Below the pieces are notes generated by a model that did no database searches, was not told where the DNA came from, and worked only from the letters and a program-made list of their open reading frames with translations. A stretch of DNA of 63,895 bases, the filler included, from Octopus bimaculoides (taxonomy: Eukaryota), in assembly GCF_001194135.2 (NCBI RefSeq). It is 8 parts of 8 records of this genome, joined end to end, with 100 filler letters (N's around TTAATTAATTAA, not from the genome) between each part and the next. Parts side by side here need not be neighbours in the genome. Positions count along the whole stretch, not along the records: positions 62,361 to 63,895 come from NC_069000.1; 7 more parts are not named here. One strand, given 5' to 3'. This document shows positions 63,615 to 63,895 of this stretch, piece by piece (position 1 is the first letter of the stretch; every line of letters starts with the position of its first letter). Made by a program: the position numbers and the translations under genes.

Positions 63615-63895
63615 TGGACGCTAAACTCCACTTGCGAAGACCTGTTGAGGCAAGTGAAATAGAAATTGAATTAAATTGGACACTAAACTCCACTTGCAAA
63701 GACCTGTTGAGGCAAGTGGAATCAAAATCGAATTAAATTGGACACTAAACCCCACTTGCAAAGACCTGTTGAGGCAGGTGAAATAGAAATCGAGTTAAAT
63801 TGGACACTAAACTCCACTTGCGAAGACCTGTTGAGGCAAGTGGAATCGAAATCGAGTTAAATTGGACACTAAACTCCACTTGCGAAGACCTGTTG
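63615..63895 (+). repeat. 62-bp tandem repeat, at least 4.5 units, continues past window end
   Basis: TGGAC unit starts at 63615, 63677, 63739, 63801, 63863. Confidence 0.97.

Noticed and set aside
63615-63895. CRISPR-like array
   Set aside because: Units are contiguous with no unique spacers, no cas genes, eukaryotic context

Overview
AT-rich, microsatellite-dense eukaryotic non-coding DNA. The repeat families and composition are most consistent with an Octopus (coleoid cephalopod) genome; this is recognition from sequence, not a database result. Roughly 11 kb (about 18%) is N, and seven 100-bp spacers (44N-TTAATTAATTAA-44N) show the window is eight joined scaffolds. No host protein-coding gene could be identified; three minus-strand exon candidates are listed at low confidence. 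The content is decayed mobile DNA: five SINE-like families (my labels A-E), about ten R4/Dong-clade (RLE) LINE pieces, two CR1 pieces, two Penelope-like GIY-YIG pieces, mariner fragments and MITEs, Helentron-type HINEs, and a 62-bp tandem repeat at the right end. Most interesting signals: (1) Penelope-type hammerhead-ribozyme motifs with long helix-II inserts (16.4-16.6 kb, 38.4 kb); (2) co-oriented stacks of Dong-like LINE ends separated by (TAA)n tracts, together with an unclassified ~520-bp non-coding element that follows the same orientation rule; (3) a SINE family whose 3' hairpin matches a CR1 3' end with two compensatory base-pair swaps; (4) several fold-back and templated rearrangements. 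Coordinates of decayed elements are approximate (about 10-20 bp).
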